64,000 nt of DNA from a bacterium (lineage in GTDB: Bacteria; UBA8248; JACPRG01; G963555815): the NCBI GenBank assembly GCA_965261595.1, contig CBDHDG010000006.1:1472001-1536000 (forward strand). Direction: 5' to 3'. A program made the position numbers and the translations under genes. Positions 27,909 through 38,292 of this stretch are shown in pieces. The notes beneath the pieces were generated by a model that ran no database searches, had not been told where the DNA came from, and saw only the letters and a list, made by a program, of their open reading frames with translations. Position 1 is the stretch's first letter. The number at the start of each line of letters is the position of its first letter.

Positions 27909-29305
27909 ATGACGGCCACGACGAAATCCGCCGATTTGCTGATTGAGGGCGCAACCGTCATCACGATGGACGCCGAGCGGCGGATCTTCTCCGATGGCGC
28001 CGTCGCCGTCGCCGGAGGCCGAATCACGGCGGTCGGCCAAAGAGAAGAGGTCGCCCCGACGATTCAAGCCGCGCGCCGGATTCCCGGACAGGGGAAAGTC
28101 GTCATCCCGGGCCTCATCAACGCCCACAGCCACTTTTTCCCTTTCCTGAGCGGGGCCATCCCGGAAGAACATCCCTCGGACATCGTCCGAAGGGATTACC
28201 TCTATCCTTTTTTCCGGGACCTGTCGGCTGAGGAAGAGGTTGTCGGGGCGAAGGCCCGGATGTGGGAGATGATCCGCACCGGCACGACCTGTTTCGCCGA
28301 CGGGGGCTGCAAGCATCCGGGCCGCGTGGCCGAGGCGGTGGAGGAGATGGGCCTGCGGGGGGTGTTGGGCCGGTGGCGTTGCGACCGGGCGGAGAACGGC
28401 GATGAGTCTCGGGAGGATTACGGTGTTCGGAGCGACACCGACCGGATCCTTGAAGAGCTGGAAGACGATCTCCGGACCCTCGGCCGGACCTCGGACCGGG
28501 TTCGGGCGGCCGCCGCGCTTGTGGACGAGCGCGTGGTTTCCGACGAATTGTTACGCGGCGCCGCGGAATTGGCCGGCCGATATCAGACCACCCTCAGCGT
28601 TGATGTCGGAGTCACGAAGGCGGCCGGGGAGGGGGGGGGGATGGGACCGGCCGGAAGAAGGGATTGCGGCCCGTCCAACGGCTGAAGGCGCTCGGGGTGC
28701 TCGGAAGGCGGGTGATATTGAACCACGCGACGGTTCTCGACCCGGAAGATGTGGCCGCCGTCGCCGAGGCGGACGCGGGGGTGTGCTGGACGCCGAGCGC
28801 GGCGCTGAGGCGGGGCCATGGGACGACGCAAACCGGGATGATCCCCGAATTGGTGAAGGCGGGCGTGGGGGTGGCCCTGGGGACCGACGGGCCGGCGTGC
28901 TCGGATTACGCGGATATGGTGCGCGTCATGTACCTGGCCGCGACGCTGCCGGTGGATTCCCGGATCAGCCATGCCGCGAGCTCGTCCGAGACCGCCCTGG
29001 AGATGGGGACCGTGAATGGGGCGAAGGCCCTCGGGCTGGCTGAGGAGATCGGTTCTCTGGAGACCGGCAAGAAGGCCGACTTGGTGATGCTCGACGTGGA
29101 CCGTCCGGAATGGCGGCCCCTGTTTCATGTGGTGAACAATCTGGTTTATTCCGCGACCGGGGATTCGGTGCATACCGTCATCGTGGATGGCCGGGTGATC
29201 ATGGACGCCAACCGACTCACAGTGGCGGACGAGGCGGAGCTGCTGGAGGCGGCAAGATCATTGGGGAAGCAAATACGGAAGCGTTTGGCTCGATATCCTT
29301 TGTAA
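27909..29305 (+). CDS. TrzA/AtzA/MTA-SAH-deaminase-family amidohydrolase, frameshifted in a poly-G tract near 28626-28645
   Basis: PGLINAHSH and GTTCFAD in the first ORF; NHAT, ALGTDG, GSLETGKKAD in the second; the halves join across the G run. Confidence 0.82.
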
Positions 29306-29323
29306 GAACCAAGGGGGAAAGTC

Positions 29324-30328
29324 ATGAGACAAGGGTTTTTTCTCAAGCGATGGACGGCAATATTGGGATCGGTCTTTCTGCTGACAATCCTCTGGCCCCT
29401 GAGCGGGGTCGGCGGCGCAGCGGAAAAGATCCGGTTCATTTCCTGGAGTTCTCCCCGTGTGGAGCAGGCCAACTTCTTCGTGGCGCAGGAAAAGGGGTAT
29501 TTCAAGAAGGAGGGTGTGGATTTCGAGTATCGCCCCGGGCGCGGCTCGGGAAACGCCATGAAGCAGATCCTGGCCGGGAACGGGGACGTCGCGTTTGTCG
29601 GCCCGGAGGCGGTTTTCCTCGCTGGCTATCAGGGGGCGAAGGTGACCGCATTCTACAACACCTACCCCCAGAACATCTTCGAGGTCATCTATCACAAGGG
29701 CCTGGGCATCCGCGCCGTCAAGGACCTGCGGGGAAAGAAGATCGGCGTGTTCAGCCTGGGCAGCGGAGGCCGGTACAACCTGACGACGCTTCTTCACCTC
29801 AACGGGGTCAAGGAATCCGAGGTTGTTTTGGTGCCCACGTTCGCGAATCCGGGACCGTTCTTGAAGAGAAAGATCGACGCCTGGGTCTCGATCACGCCCA
29901 GCACGTGGGCCCTGAGACAAAAGGGGCTCCTCAAGAAAGCCGGCTCTTATCTCATCAAGGACTACCTCAACCTGCCCACCGATGTGTTCGCGGCGACGAA
30001 CCGGGTCTTGCGGGATCGGCGGGGCGCCCTCCTTTCCTTCCTGAGGGCCTTCCGGCGGGGGACGGAGTTTATGATTCAAAACCCCGAAGAGGCGACGGCC
30101 ATCAGCAAGAAATATGTCTTGAAGATGCGGAACCCTCAGCTCGCGGGGGGAATCATCCGGATGTTCGGGGCGGTGTCCCAGAGCGACCTGACCCGGAAGA
30201 AGGGGCTCGGCTGGTTTGACATGGCGCTCCTGGAGCGGGCCGAGCGGCTGTTCCGCGAGACGGGGATTCTGAAAGGGAAGGTCGATGTCCGGACGCACTT
30301 CACCAACTCGTTGGTGGAGAAGCTCTGA
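29324..30328 (+). CDS. ABC transporter substrate-binding protein, NMT1/THI5/SsuA-like
   Basis: Signal peptide; AQEKGYFKKEG, DLRGKKIG, NPEEA. Confidence 0.88.
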   Translation: MRQGFFLKRWTAILGSVFLLTILWPLSGVGGAAEKIRFISWSSPRVEQANFFVAQEKGYFKKEGVDFEYRPGRGSGNAMKQILAGNGDVAFVGPEAVFLAGYQGAKVTAFYNTYPQNIFEVIYHKGLGIRAVKDLRGKKIGVFSLGSGGRYNLTTLLHLNGVKESEVVLVPTFANPGPFLKRKIDAWVSITPSTWALRQKGLLKKAGSYLIKDYLNLPTDVFAATNRVLRDRRGALLSFLRAFRRGTEFMIQNPEEATAISKKYVLKMRNPQLAGGIIRMFGAVSQSDLTRKKGLGWFDMALLERAERLFRETGILKGKVDVRTHFTNSLVEKL

Positions 30329-30364
30329 GGGCGGTCCGAAGAGGATCAGGAAGGGTAGGGGCGC

Positions 30365-31765
30365 ATGGGCGAGACGGACGCCGTCGATCTGATCATTCGC
30401 GGAGGGACCCTCCTGACGATGGACCCGGAGGGGCGGCTTGTGGAGGGCGGCTCCGTCGCCGTCTCCGGGTCAAAAATTGTCGCCATCCTCGATAAGGGGG
30501 AAGACCTCTCCCGCTTTTCGGCGAAGGCGGTGATTGACGCCCGGGGAAAGCTGGTGATGCCGGGGCTCATCAACGCGCATCGCCACTTCTACTCCACCCC
30601 GCGGGGGCTGATCGCGAACCGGGTCACGCGCAACGCGCTCAAAGAGTACGTGTATCCCTATTACCACGCCATCCCGCCGGAGCAGCTCTATTACGACGCC
30701 CTCGCGATCATGGCCGAGATGATCCGGACGGGCACGACCTGCTTCTCCGAGCCCGGCTGCGAGCACATCGAGACCGTCCTCCGGGCGACCGAAAAGAGCG
30801 GGATGCGGGCGACCACGGGTCTTTGGATCTGGGATCACGGGGGTCCCGACGCCGACAAGTGTCCCCCCGATTTTCTGCCCCTGAAGACGGACGAGGCCCT
30901 GCGGATGATGGAAGACGCCATCATCCGGTACGACGGCGCGCTGGACGGACGGCTGACGGTCCACGCCACCATCGAAGGGGCGGGGACGTGCTCGGATGAG
31001 CTGACGGTCGGATCGAAGGTCTTGGCGGAGCAATACGGAAAGCTGTCCATCCTGCACAAATCCACCTCCATCGAAGAGGTCGAGATCGAGCTGAAGGCCT
31101 TCGGCCACCGGCCGACCGAGCATCTCTACCACATCGGCGCCCTCGGACCGAACGTCCTGTTGAACCACGCGACCGCCATCGACGAGACCGAGGTCGGGAT
31201 GATAGCGGAGACGGGGACGCGGATCTGCCAGAACCCCAGCGCGGCCCTCAAGCTGGGAAAGGGCACCACGCAGACCGGGAAGTTCGCGGAGCTGAGCGAA
31301 GCCGGGACGCCGATCTGCCTGGGCACCGACAGCAACAACTCCTCCAACTTCAACGACATGTTCCGCGAGGTCTACCTCGCCGCCGTATTGCCCAAGGATT
31401 CCCGGATGGATCCCTCGGTGATGACCGCGGAAAAGGCCCTGTTGATGGGAACCCGGGAGGGGGCCGACGCCCTTCTGATGGGGGAGGAGATCGGGTCTTT
31501 GGAGGCGGGGAAGAAGGCCGACGTCATCCTGCTCGACATGGAGCGAATCGAGTTCGCCCTGGGCGGCGATATCATCGACACCCTGGTGTATTCCGCCACG
31601 GGAGACGCGGTGGAAACCGTCATCGTGGATGGGACCGTGTTGATGGAGAAACGCGAGCTCAAGACCATCGACGAGGAAGAGGCCTTTCGAACGATTCAGG
31701 AAAACGCTGTGAAGGGCATGGACCGGATGAACGTTAGCCCGGCGTCCCGTTGGCCGATTCTCTGA
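30365..31765 (+). CDS. TrzA/AtzA/MTA-SAH-deaminase-family amidohydrolase
   Basis: MPGLINAHRH, GTTCFSE, NHAT, LGTDS, GSLEAGKKAD. Confidence 0.9.
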   Translation: MGETDAVDLIIRGGTLLTMDPEGRLVEGGSVAVSGSKIVAILDKGEDLSRFSAKAVIDARGKLVMPGLINAHRHFYSTPRGLIANRVTRNALKEYVYPYYHAIPPEQLYYDALAIMAEMIRTGTTCFSEPGCEHIETVLRATEKSGMRATTGLWIWDHGGPDADKCPPDFLPLKTDEALRMMEDAIIRYDGALDGRLTVHATIEGAGTCSDELTVGSKVLAEQYGKLSILHKSTSIEEVEIELKAFGHRPTEHLYHIGALGPNVLLNHATAIDETEVGMIAETGTRICQNPSAALKLGKGTTQTGKFAELSEAGTPICLGTDSNNSSNFNDMFREVYLAAVLPKDSRMDPSVMTAEKALLMGTREGADALLMGEEIGSLEAGKKADVILLDMERIEFALGGDIIDTLVYSATGDAVETVIVDGTVLMEKRELKTIDEEEAFRTIQENAVKGMDRMNVSPASRWPIL

Positions 31766-31829
31766 GGGATGCGTTGGCCCCGGCGAGTCCAACCTCCCGT
31801 CGGGTTGCGCCCTTGCGAAGGTGAGGAAC

Positions 31830-32687
31830 ATGGAACCCGGGCGTTCAACGATCGAGGCGGCGTCGGGTCAGGCCGTCGCCGGAGGCTCAGCGCCGAAAAT
31901 CCGGTTGGACGACGTTTCCAAGAGCTTCCAGGCGGCCGGCGGCGCCCTGGAGGCCCTCCGCAACATCAGCCTGGATATCGCCGACGGGGAGTTCGTCTCG
32001 ATCCTGGGTGAGAGCGGGTGCGGAAAAACCACCCTGCTGCGGATCGTCGCGGGCCTCGTTCCGCCTTCGCGGGGGGGCGTCGCCGTGGACGGGACGCCCG
32101 TTCTGGCCCCCCGGCGCGATCTGGGGTTTGTTTTCCAACAGTCGGTGTTGCTCGATTGGCGCACGGTTCTCGATAACGTGCTTTTGCCCGTGGAGATTCA
32201 CGGTCTTTCCCGCAAGGCCTACGAGGAGGAGGCCCGATCCCTCTTGCGCTTCGTTCGGCTGGAGGACTTCGAGACCTACTATCCGGTCCAGCTCTCGGGC
32301 GGGATGCAGCAGCGCGTCTCCATTGTGAGGGCCCTCATCCTGAAACCCGCCGTCTTGCTCATGGATGAGCCCTTCGGCGCCCTGGACGCCATCACGCGTG
32401 AACAACTCAATCTTGAGCTTCTCAAGATTTGGCGGCGCCACCGGAATACTTCCGTCTTCGTGACACACGACATCGCGGAGGCGGTTTTTCTCTCGGACCG
32501 GGTTGTCCTCCTCTCTCCCCGGCCGGGAACGCTCCAGGCCGTTTACCCCATCGATCTTCCCCGGCCTCGATTGTTGGATCACCGGTATGACGAAGACTTT
32601 GTTCGCATCTGCCGGGAGATCAAGGGCGCGATGGGTTGGGGGGCGCAAGGAACCGCCCGGCGGGGTTTCAGGAAGGGATGGCCGTGA
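31830..32687 (+). CDS. ABC transporter ATP-binding protein (TauB/SsuB-like)
   Basis: GESGCGKTT, LSGGMQQR, LLMDEPFGALD, VTHD. Confidence 0.95.
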   Translation: MEPGRSTIEAASGQAVAGGSAPKIRLDDVSKSFQAAGGALEALRNISLDIADGEFVSILGESGCGKTTLLRIVAGLVPPSRGGVAVDGTPVLAPRRDLGFVFQQSVLLDWRTVLDNVLLPVEIHGLSRKAYEEEARSLLRFVRLEDFETYYPVQLSGGMQQRVSIVRALILKPAVLLMDEPFGALDAITREQLNLELLKIWRRHRNTSVFVTHDIAEAVFLSDRVVLLSPRPGTLQAVYPIDLPRPRLLDHRYDEDFVRICREIKGAMGWGAQGTARRGFRKGWP

Positions 32688-33490
32688 AAACCAGGGATGA
32701 GCCGGAGCGGAAAAGCCGATTTCAAAGCCGGTCGGGCGCGGCGATCCTGAGCGTTCTCGTTTTCGTTCTGTTCCTGTTCGGCTGGTGGGCGGTTGTCCGT
32801 GTGTTGGACCTTTCGAAGCTGATTCTGCCCACCCCCTGGGATGTTTGGGAGTCGCTGATCGAGCACCTGATCAGCGGGTTGTTGTTGAAGCACCTCTGGA
32901 TCACCTTGGTTGAAATCCTTCTGGGTTTTGGTTTGGGCGCAGTTTTTGGAATCGCTTTGGGCGCGCTCATCGCCCACTCCGGGTTCGCCAAACGGGTGCT
33001 CAATCCTTACATCGTTGCGTCCCAGGCCCTGCCCAAGTTGGCGCTCGCCCCGATTTTCATCATTTGGTTCGGCTACGGCATCCTCTCCAAGGTCGTGATC
33101 ACGGCCCTGATCTGCTTTTTCCCGCTTTTGGAGAACACCATCACCGGTCTGAACGAGATCGAGGAAAACAGGGTGGAGCTGTTCCGCTCCCTCACGGCCA
33201 ACCGATGGCAGATGTTTTACAAGCTTCGGGTTCCCCACGCCCTGCCGTACATCTTCACCGGTCTTCGGGTCTCCATTATCCTCTCCATCGTCGGGGCCAT
33301 CGTGGGCGAGTACGTCGGATCCAATCAGGGCCTCGGCGCCCTCATCATCGCGACGCAGGGGAATTTTGATACGCCGCTCATGTTTTCAGTCTTTGTCATC
33401 CTGACATTGGTCGGTGCCGCCCTGTACAAGGCGATGGAGCTGCTGGAGCGGGTTTGCTTCTCGTGGAGGCGCCTCAAGCGTGAGGGCTGA
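32684..33490 (+). CDS. ABC transporter permease (SsuC/TauC-like)
   Basis: LPTP, PKLALAP, KLRVPHALPYIF, GEYVGSNQGLG. Confidence 0.93.
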   Translation: MKTRDEPERKSRFQSRSGAAILSVLVFVLFLFGWWAVVRVLDLSKLILPTPWDVWESLIEHLISGLLLKHLWITLVEILLGFGLGAVFGIALGALIAHSGFAKRVLNPYIVASQALPKLALAPIFIIWFGYGILSKVVITALICFFPLLENTITGLNEIEENRVELFRSLTANRWQMFYKLRVPHALPYIFTGLRVSIILSIVGAIVGEYVGSNQGLGALIIATQGNFDTPLMFSVFVILTLVGAALYKAMELLERVCFSWRRLKREG

Positions 33491-33551
33491 TGTTCCGCCG
33501 GCCCCTGGGAGGGCGCGGAGAAGATCCACTCAACTGAAGGGAAGGGCGGTT

Positions 33552-34429
33552 GTGAAAAAGCACGCGATGAAATGGGGATTGCTTTTTGCCGGCGTGATCT
33601 TCATCCCCGGATCGGGACGGGCCGACGCGCAGCTCCCGCCGGATTTCAAGCCGTTCGAGACGACGAAAGTCGCGGACAACGTGTATTCCTTCCGGTCGTT
33701 CTTTCACAGGAGCTTTTTCGTCGTGACGCGGGACGGCGTTATCGTCGGCGACCCCATCTCGGTCAAGGGGGCGCAAATGATGAACGCCGCGATCAAGAAG
33801 CTCACCGACAAGCCCGTCAAGTACGTCCTTTACATCCACCCCCACTGGGATCATTCGAAGGGGGCGCGGGTGTTCAAGGCCCAGGGCGCGCGAATCGTGG
33901 CTCAGGCCCAGTGCATGAAATACTTCGACCGCGTCCCGAACCCCGACGTGATCCGGCCCGATGTGACGTTTAGGATCGGTACGAGGTGAAGCTCGGCGGC
34001 GAGACGGTCCGGATGCTCTATTTCGGCCCCAGCCACTCGGACTGCCTCAGCTTCGCGCACTTCCCCCGGCAGAGACTCCTGTTTCTCGTGGATCTGGTGA
34101 GCGGGAAAAGCCTTCCCTATCGAGGCATGCGGGACGTCGATCCGGCGGGCTCCATCCGGGCGCTCAAGAGTCTGGAAGCCTTGAAGGGATTCGACAAGTT
34201 CATCCCCGGCCACGGCCCGCCCATGCTTCCCCGTATGCTCATCGGGTTGAACCGGGAATACCTGGAAGACCTCATGGCCACCGTCAAAGGCGCGCTTCAA
34301 AAACGGATGAGCGTCGGCAAGGCCCGGAAAACCGTCAAGCTCCCCAAGTACAAAGCCTGGAGGGATTACAAGACCACCCTCCCGATGAACGTCGAGCGGG
34401 TGTACGACTACTTCAGACGGGGAATTTAA
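33552..34429 (+). CDS. Secreted MBL-fold hydrolase, frameshifted (1-nt deletion near 33972)
   Basis: Signal peptide and HPHWDH; after the shift, DRYEVKLGG, PSHSD, IPGHG. Confidence 0.8.
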
Positions 34430-34476
34430 CGGATTACTGAATGGCAATAGACAAGTCGAGGGGAGTCCTGCAAGAA

Positions 34477-34558
34477 GGAGCGGGCAAGATGCCCGCTCCA
34501 CCGAAGAGGGTTGATGGAAGATTTCACCCTGGGGGTAGGCCGGGCATCTTGCCCGGCC
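34477..34558. repeat. Inverted doublet of REP-like palindromes
   Basis: Minus-strand GTGGAGCGGGCATCTTGCCCGCTCC (34477-34501) and plus-strand GTAGGCCGGGCATCTTGCCCGGCC (34535-34558), between convergent genes. Confidence 0.7.
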
Positions 34559-34586
34559 CGCAGTGTAAACCCGTTTGAATACGTGA

Positions 34587-36179
34587 CTAATACCCCAGCG
34601 CGCACCCGTCCTTCCGGGACTCCGAGGCCCCTGAATAGACGCCCGTCTCGGGGTCCCGGGCGATGACTTGCGCGCCGCCGAAGCCGAGGGGGCCGACGCG
34701 ATGGACGTTGTGCCCCCGCCGCGCCAGGTCTTCCGCCACGCCCGGCGGAATCCGGTCCTCCACCCAGACCTCATTCCCCGCGATAAAACGCACGCGCGGC
34801 GCCTCGATCGCTTCCTGGATGTTCATGCCGAATTCCAGGTGATTCAGCAAGAGCTGGATGTGACCTTGGGGCTGCATGTCCGCGCCCACGACCCCGAAAG
34901 CCATGACCGGTCCTCCGTCCTTCATCAGGAACCCCGGGATGATTGTATGGAATGGGCGCTTGCCCGGCGCGAGCCGGCGGGGGTGGTGTTCGTCCAAGAC
35001 ATACCCGGCCCCCCGGTTTTGCATCATGACGCCGGTGTCCCCGGCGCAGATCCCCGAGCCAAATCCGGAATAGATGCTGTTGATGAGGGAGACCATGTTG
35101 CCCTCGGCGTCGGCCGTGGCGAGGTAAACGGTGTCCCCGGATGGGACGCGGCCGGGAGAGGCGGCTGGAAGGGCCCGGTTCATGTCGATCAGCGCCCGCC
35201 GCTCCGCCGCGTATTCTTTCGACAGAAGGCGGCCGGTCGGCACGTCCTCGAATTCCGGATCGGCGATGTAACGGTCCCGGTCGGCGAAGGCCAGCTTCAG
35301 GGTTTCCAGGATCAGGTGGTAGATGTCGGCCGAGCCGGATCCCAGGCCGGACAGGTCGTCCTTCTCCAGGATGTTCAGCGCGAGAAGGGCCGTGAGGCCC
35401 TGTCCGCTCGGCGGAATCTCGTACACCTCGCAACCCCGGAACACCGTCCCGATGGGCTCGACCCAATCCGAGCGGTGCGCCCGGAGGTCCTCCATGGTCA
35501 GAAGACCTCCCTTTTCCCGGAGGGCCTTGACGACCCTCTCGCCCAGCTCCCCCTGGTAGAAGACGTCCTTCCCCCCTTCGGCGACGGTCCGGAACGTCCG
35601 GGCCAGGGCCGGATTCCGGAAAATATCGCCCGCGGCCGGGGCCCGGCCGGAGGTCAGAAAGCAGCGCGCAGCGTCGGCGTCCCGGGCGAGTTTCTCCCGC
35701 TCCACCCGCCAATCCCCGCTGATGACGGGGGAGACGGCGAAACCCTCCTCGGCGAGCCGGATGGCCGGGGCCAGGACCCGGGCGAGATCCATCCGGCCGT
35801 ATTCCTCCAGGAGTGTGGTCCAGCCGTCGAGGGTTCCCGGCGTGGTGATGGAGTGAATGTTTTCCACGGGCATCGTGCGGTGGCCGAGGCGGCGCAGGGC
35901 CTCGATGCTCGCGGCGCCGGGGGCGCGGCCGCTGCCGTTCAGGCCTTTGATCTCGCCGGTCTCCGCCCACCAGGAAAGCGCGAACACGTCCCCGCCGATT
36001 CCGGTGCTATGGGGCTCGACGACGTTCAGGACCGCCGCGGCGGCCACGACGGCGTCGAAGGCGTTTCCGCCCTCGCGCAGGATGTCCAGGGCGCTCAGGG
36101 TGGCGTACGGCTGGCTGGTCGCCGCCATTCCGTTCTTCGCGTAGACGACCGATCGTCCCGGTGGTGTGCGGGTTTCCAT
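34587..36179 (-). CDS. ggt: Gamma-glutamyltransferase
   Basis: GGNAFDA, GIGGD, catalytic DTVYL, NSIY, QNRG, PGKRPFHTIIP, MQPQG, RKDG. Confidence 0.93.
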   Translation of the reverse strand: METRTPPGRSVVYAKNGMAATSQPYATLSALDILREGGNAFDAVVAAAAVLNVVEPHSTGIGGDVFALSWWAETGEIKGLNGSGRAPGAASIEALRRLGHRTMPVENIHSITTPGTLDGWTTLLEEYGRMDLARVLAPAIRLAEEGFAVSPVISGDWRVEREKLARDADAARCFLTSGRAPAAGDIFRNPALARTFRTVAEGGKDVFYQGELGERVVKALREKGGLLTMEDLRAHRSDWVEPIGTVFRGCEVYEIPPSGQGLTALLALNILEKDDLSGLGSGSADIYHLILETLKLAFADRDRYIADPEFEDVPTGRLLSKEYAAERRALIDMNRALPAASPGRVPSGDTVYLATADAEGNMVSLINSIYSGFGSGICAGDTGVMMQNRGAGYVLDEHHPRRLAPGKRPFHTIIPGFLMKDGGPVMAFGVVGADMQPQGHIQLLLNHLEFGMNIQEAIEAPRVRFIAGNEVWVEDRIPPGVAEDLARRGHNVHRVGPLGFGGAQVIARDPETGVYSGASESRKDGCALGY

Positions 36180-36867
36180 TCTTCTCCCCCGGCCTTGGAA
36201 TCGGGAATCAGCGGTCCGCTCATCCGAACGCCTATTCTAACCTGCCTCTCTGGGAATGTATCGGCATTAAAAAACCCTTTCAGGCCCAACCGGGATTGGG
36301 CGGAAAGTGGGCCGGGGAGGAGAAGTATCAGGGAAGGAGAAGGGCGAACCAGGAGCGACTCGGCAAGCCGCCCTTACGAATCAGTCGAGACGGAAGAAAG
36401 GAGAATCCCATCTCCAACACGTTGTTTCATCCGGACGGGAAAAACCACCCTAATTGAACGGCCCGTCCCTGTATCGGTGTCGTACCTGATGGTTCGGGGA
36501 GACAGACACCCTCTCAATGTGCCCTCATTCTCCCATCAGCTCAAAAACCTGCTAAAATTCCAGTCGTGAATCCAAAAAGACACAGACCCCGCCCACCCGA
36601 GGGGGGCACCTGAAGGATTTGTTTTACAATACGCAGGGCTAGCTCGATTCGAGAATCCTGTTTCTGATTGACGGTCAAAGGCCGGAGGCGCGAGAAGGGC
36701 TCGATACCCCGATTTCCGGCTACTAAGAAATCCAGATCGCCATGGGGATCCCCATGTCCGGTGGTGGACCCGGATTCCGGGTAGTCCACCCCCTCCCCCG
36801 ACATGCGCTTGCGGTGTGAGGGCGCTATGCTCCGATACGCACAAACCAGATATGGAGGTCAGCACAG

Positions 36868-37617
36868 ATGAGCGGAGACGTCGTGAATGATTTTCTGAAG
36901 ACCTTCGGCAGAACGCCGGATGAGCTTTTCGAGGGAGAAAAGGAGTTCATCGAAGATTGGCACAAGGACTACAACACCGACCGGCATCACGCTTTCGAGA
37001 TTCAGGAGGAAGAGTGCGCCCTCATTGTGGTCGACCTCCAAAATGACTTCGTCGCCCCGAACTCGCCCATCTGGGTCCCCGAGGCCCTGCGGCAGATTCC
37101 CCGAAACAAGAGGTTGATCGAAGCCGCCCGCCGGCTTGGCGTCCCGGTCATCTACACCGCCCACACCTTCAACGCCGACTGCTACGCCGATTTCCGAGAG
37201 TTTTCGGATGCGCACCGCGATGGCGCCCTCATTGAGGGTTCCAAGGGAACTCAAATTTATCCGGAAGTCTCCCCGGAGGAAGGGGAGCGCGTCATCGACA
37301 GCAAGCACAACTACGACGCCTTTGCCGGGACCGATCTGGATTATGTCTTGCGCGACCACGGAACGAAGACCTGCGTCGTCTGCGGAACGGTGACCAACTT
37401 CTGCTGTGAGTCAACGGCGCGCAGCGCATACTTCAAGAACTACCATGTCGTCTTCGTGGAGGACTGCGTCTCATCTGACAATCCCTACGCCCACGAGTCC
37501 ACCATCCGCACCTTGCGGCGTGGTTTCGCCCGGGTCTTGAAGAGCGACGAGTTAATCAACATCTGGACGGAAGGCGATGACCTTTACGCCAAGGCCCGGA
37601 AGGCTAGGGAGACCTGA
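36868..37617 (+). CDS. Isochorismatase-family cysteine hydrolase
   Basis: VVDLQNDF, KHNYDAF, GTVTNFCCESTAR (D-K-C triad); GGAGG RBS. Confidence 0.9.
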   Translation: MSGDVVNDFLKTFGRTPDELFEGEKEFIEDWHKDYNTDRHHAFEIQEEECALIVVDLQNDFVAPNSPIWVPEALRQIPRNKRLIEAARRLGVPVIYTAHTFNADCYADFREFSDAHRDGALIEGSKGTQIYPEVSPEEGERVIDSKHNYDAFAGTDLDYVLRDHGTKTCVVCGTVTNFCCESTARSAYFKNYHVVFVEDCVSSDNPYAHESTIRTLRRGFARVLKSDELINIWTEGDDLYAKARKARET

Positions 37618-37666
37618 TTTTTCGGCCGGGACCTTTCTGCGGATCCATGCATCCAACGCGTCTCCT

Positions 37667-38116
37667 CTAGGCCGGCCCTTCTTTTTCTCTAAGTCCCTTC
37701 AGGATTTTCTGAGGCGTGACAGGCAGGTCCTTCAAGCGGAGGCCGACAGCGTCGTAGACGGCGTTGGCAATCACGGCACCGCAAGCGTTCAAGGCGCATT
37801 CGGAGCAGCCTTTCGCGCCGAAGGGGCCGTTCGGGTCGTTGGACTCCACAAGGATGGAGGTGAAATTCGGCAGCCCCTCCGCCTTTGGCACGGTGTAATC
37901 GGCCAAGTTGCCATTGACAAACTGCCCGCCATCCAGCACGGGATGCTCGAATAGGGCCAATCCGAGTCCCTGAGCGATTTCTCCGTGAATTTGGCCCTCG
38001 ACAGTGAGCGGATTGATGGCTCGGCCGAGGTCGTCGGCCACGACAATGTCCACCAGCCGGACCCCTCCCGTTTCCGTATCCACCTCGACAACGGCGGCGA
38101 CGCACGCGAAGGAGCT
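37667..38116 (-). pseudogene. C-terminal fragment of xanthine dehydrogenase-family molybdopterin subunit
   Basis: VEVDTETG, GRAINP..VEGQIHG, GPFGAKG, IANAVYDA; the 5' part is replaced by IS3 sequence. Confidence 0.85.
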
Positions 38117-38281
38117 GGCGGCCGGTAGCACAAGGCTCTATGGGGCCTTACCCGGTTGTAGAGGTGTCGCCATCTCTGCACCAACACCTTGGCCTCTGTC
38201 AGGGTGTAGAAGATCTCCCCGTTGAGCAGCTCATCGCGCAGCTTGCCGATGAAGAACTCACCATAGCCGTTTTGCCAGGGA
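38117..38281 (-). mobile_element. Internal IS3 orfB fragment
   Basis: Near-identical to 26600-26765 and 40678-40842. Confidence 0.85.
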
Positions 38282-38292
38282 CGGTCGGCTCA

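Noticed and set aside
36180..36867. Riboswitch or ncRNA in the long ggt-isochorismatase intergenic region
   Set aside because: It has hairpins (CATGGGGATCCCCATG; GTGGAC..GTCCAC), but I could not match glycine, guanidine, purine or SAM consensus elements; an Rfam scan would settle it
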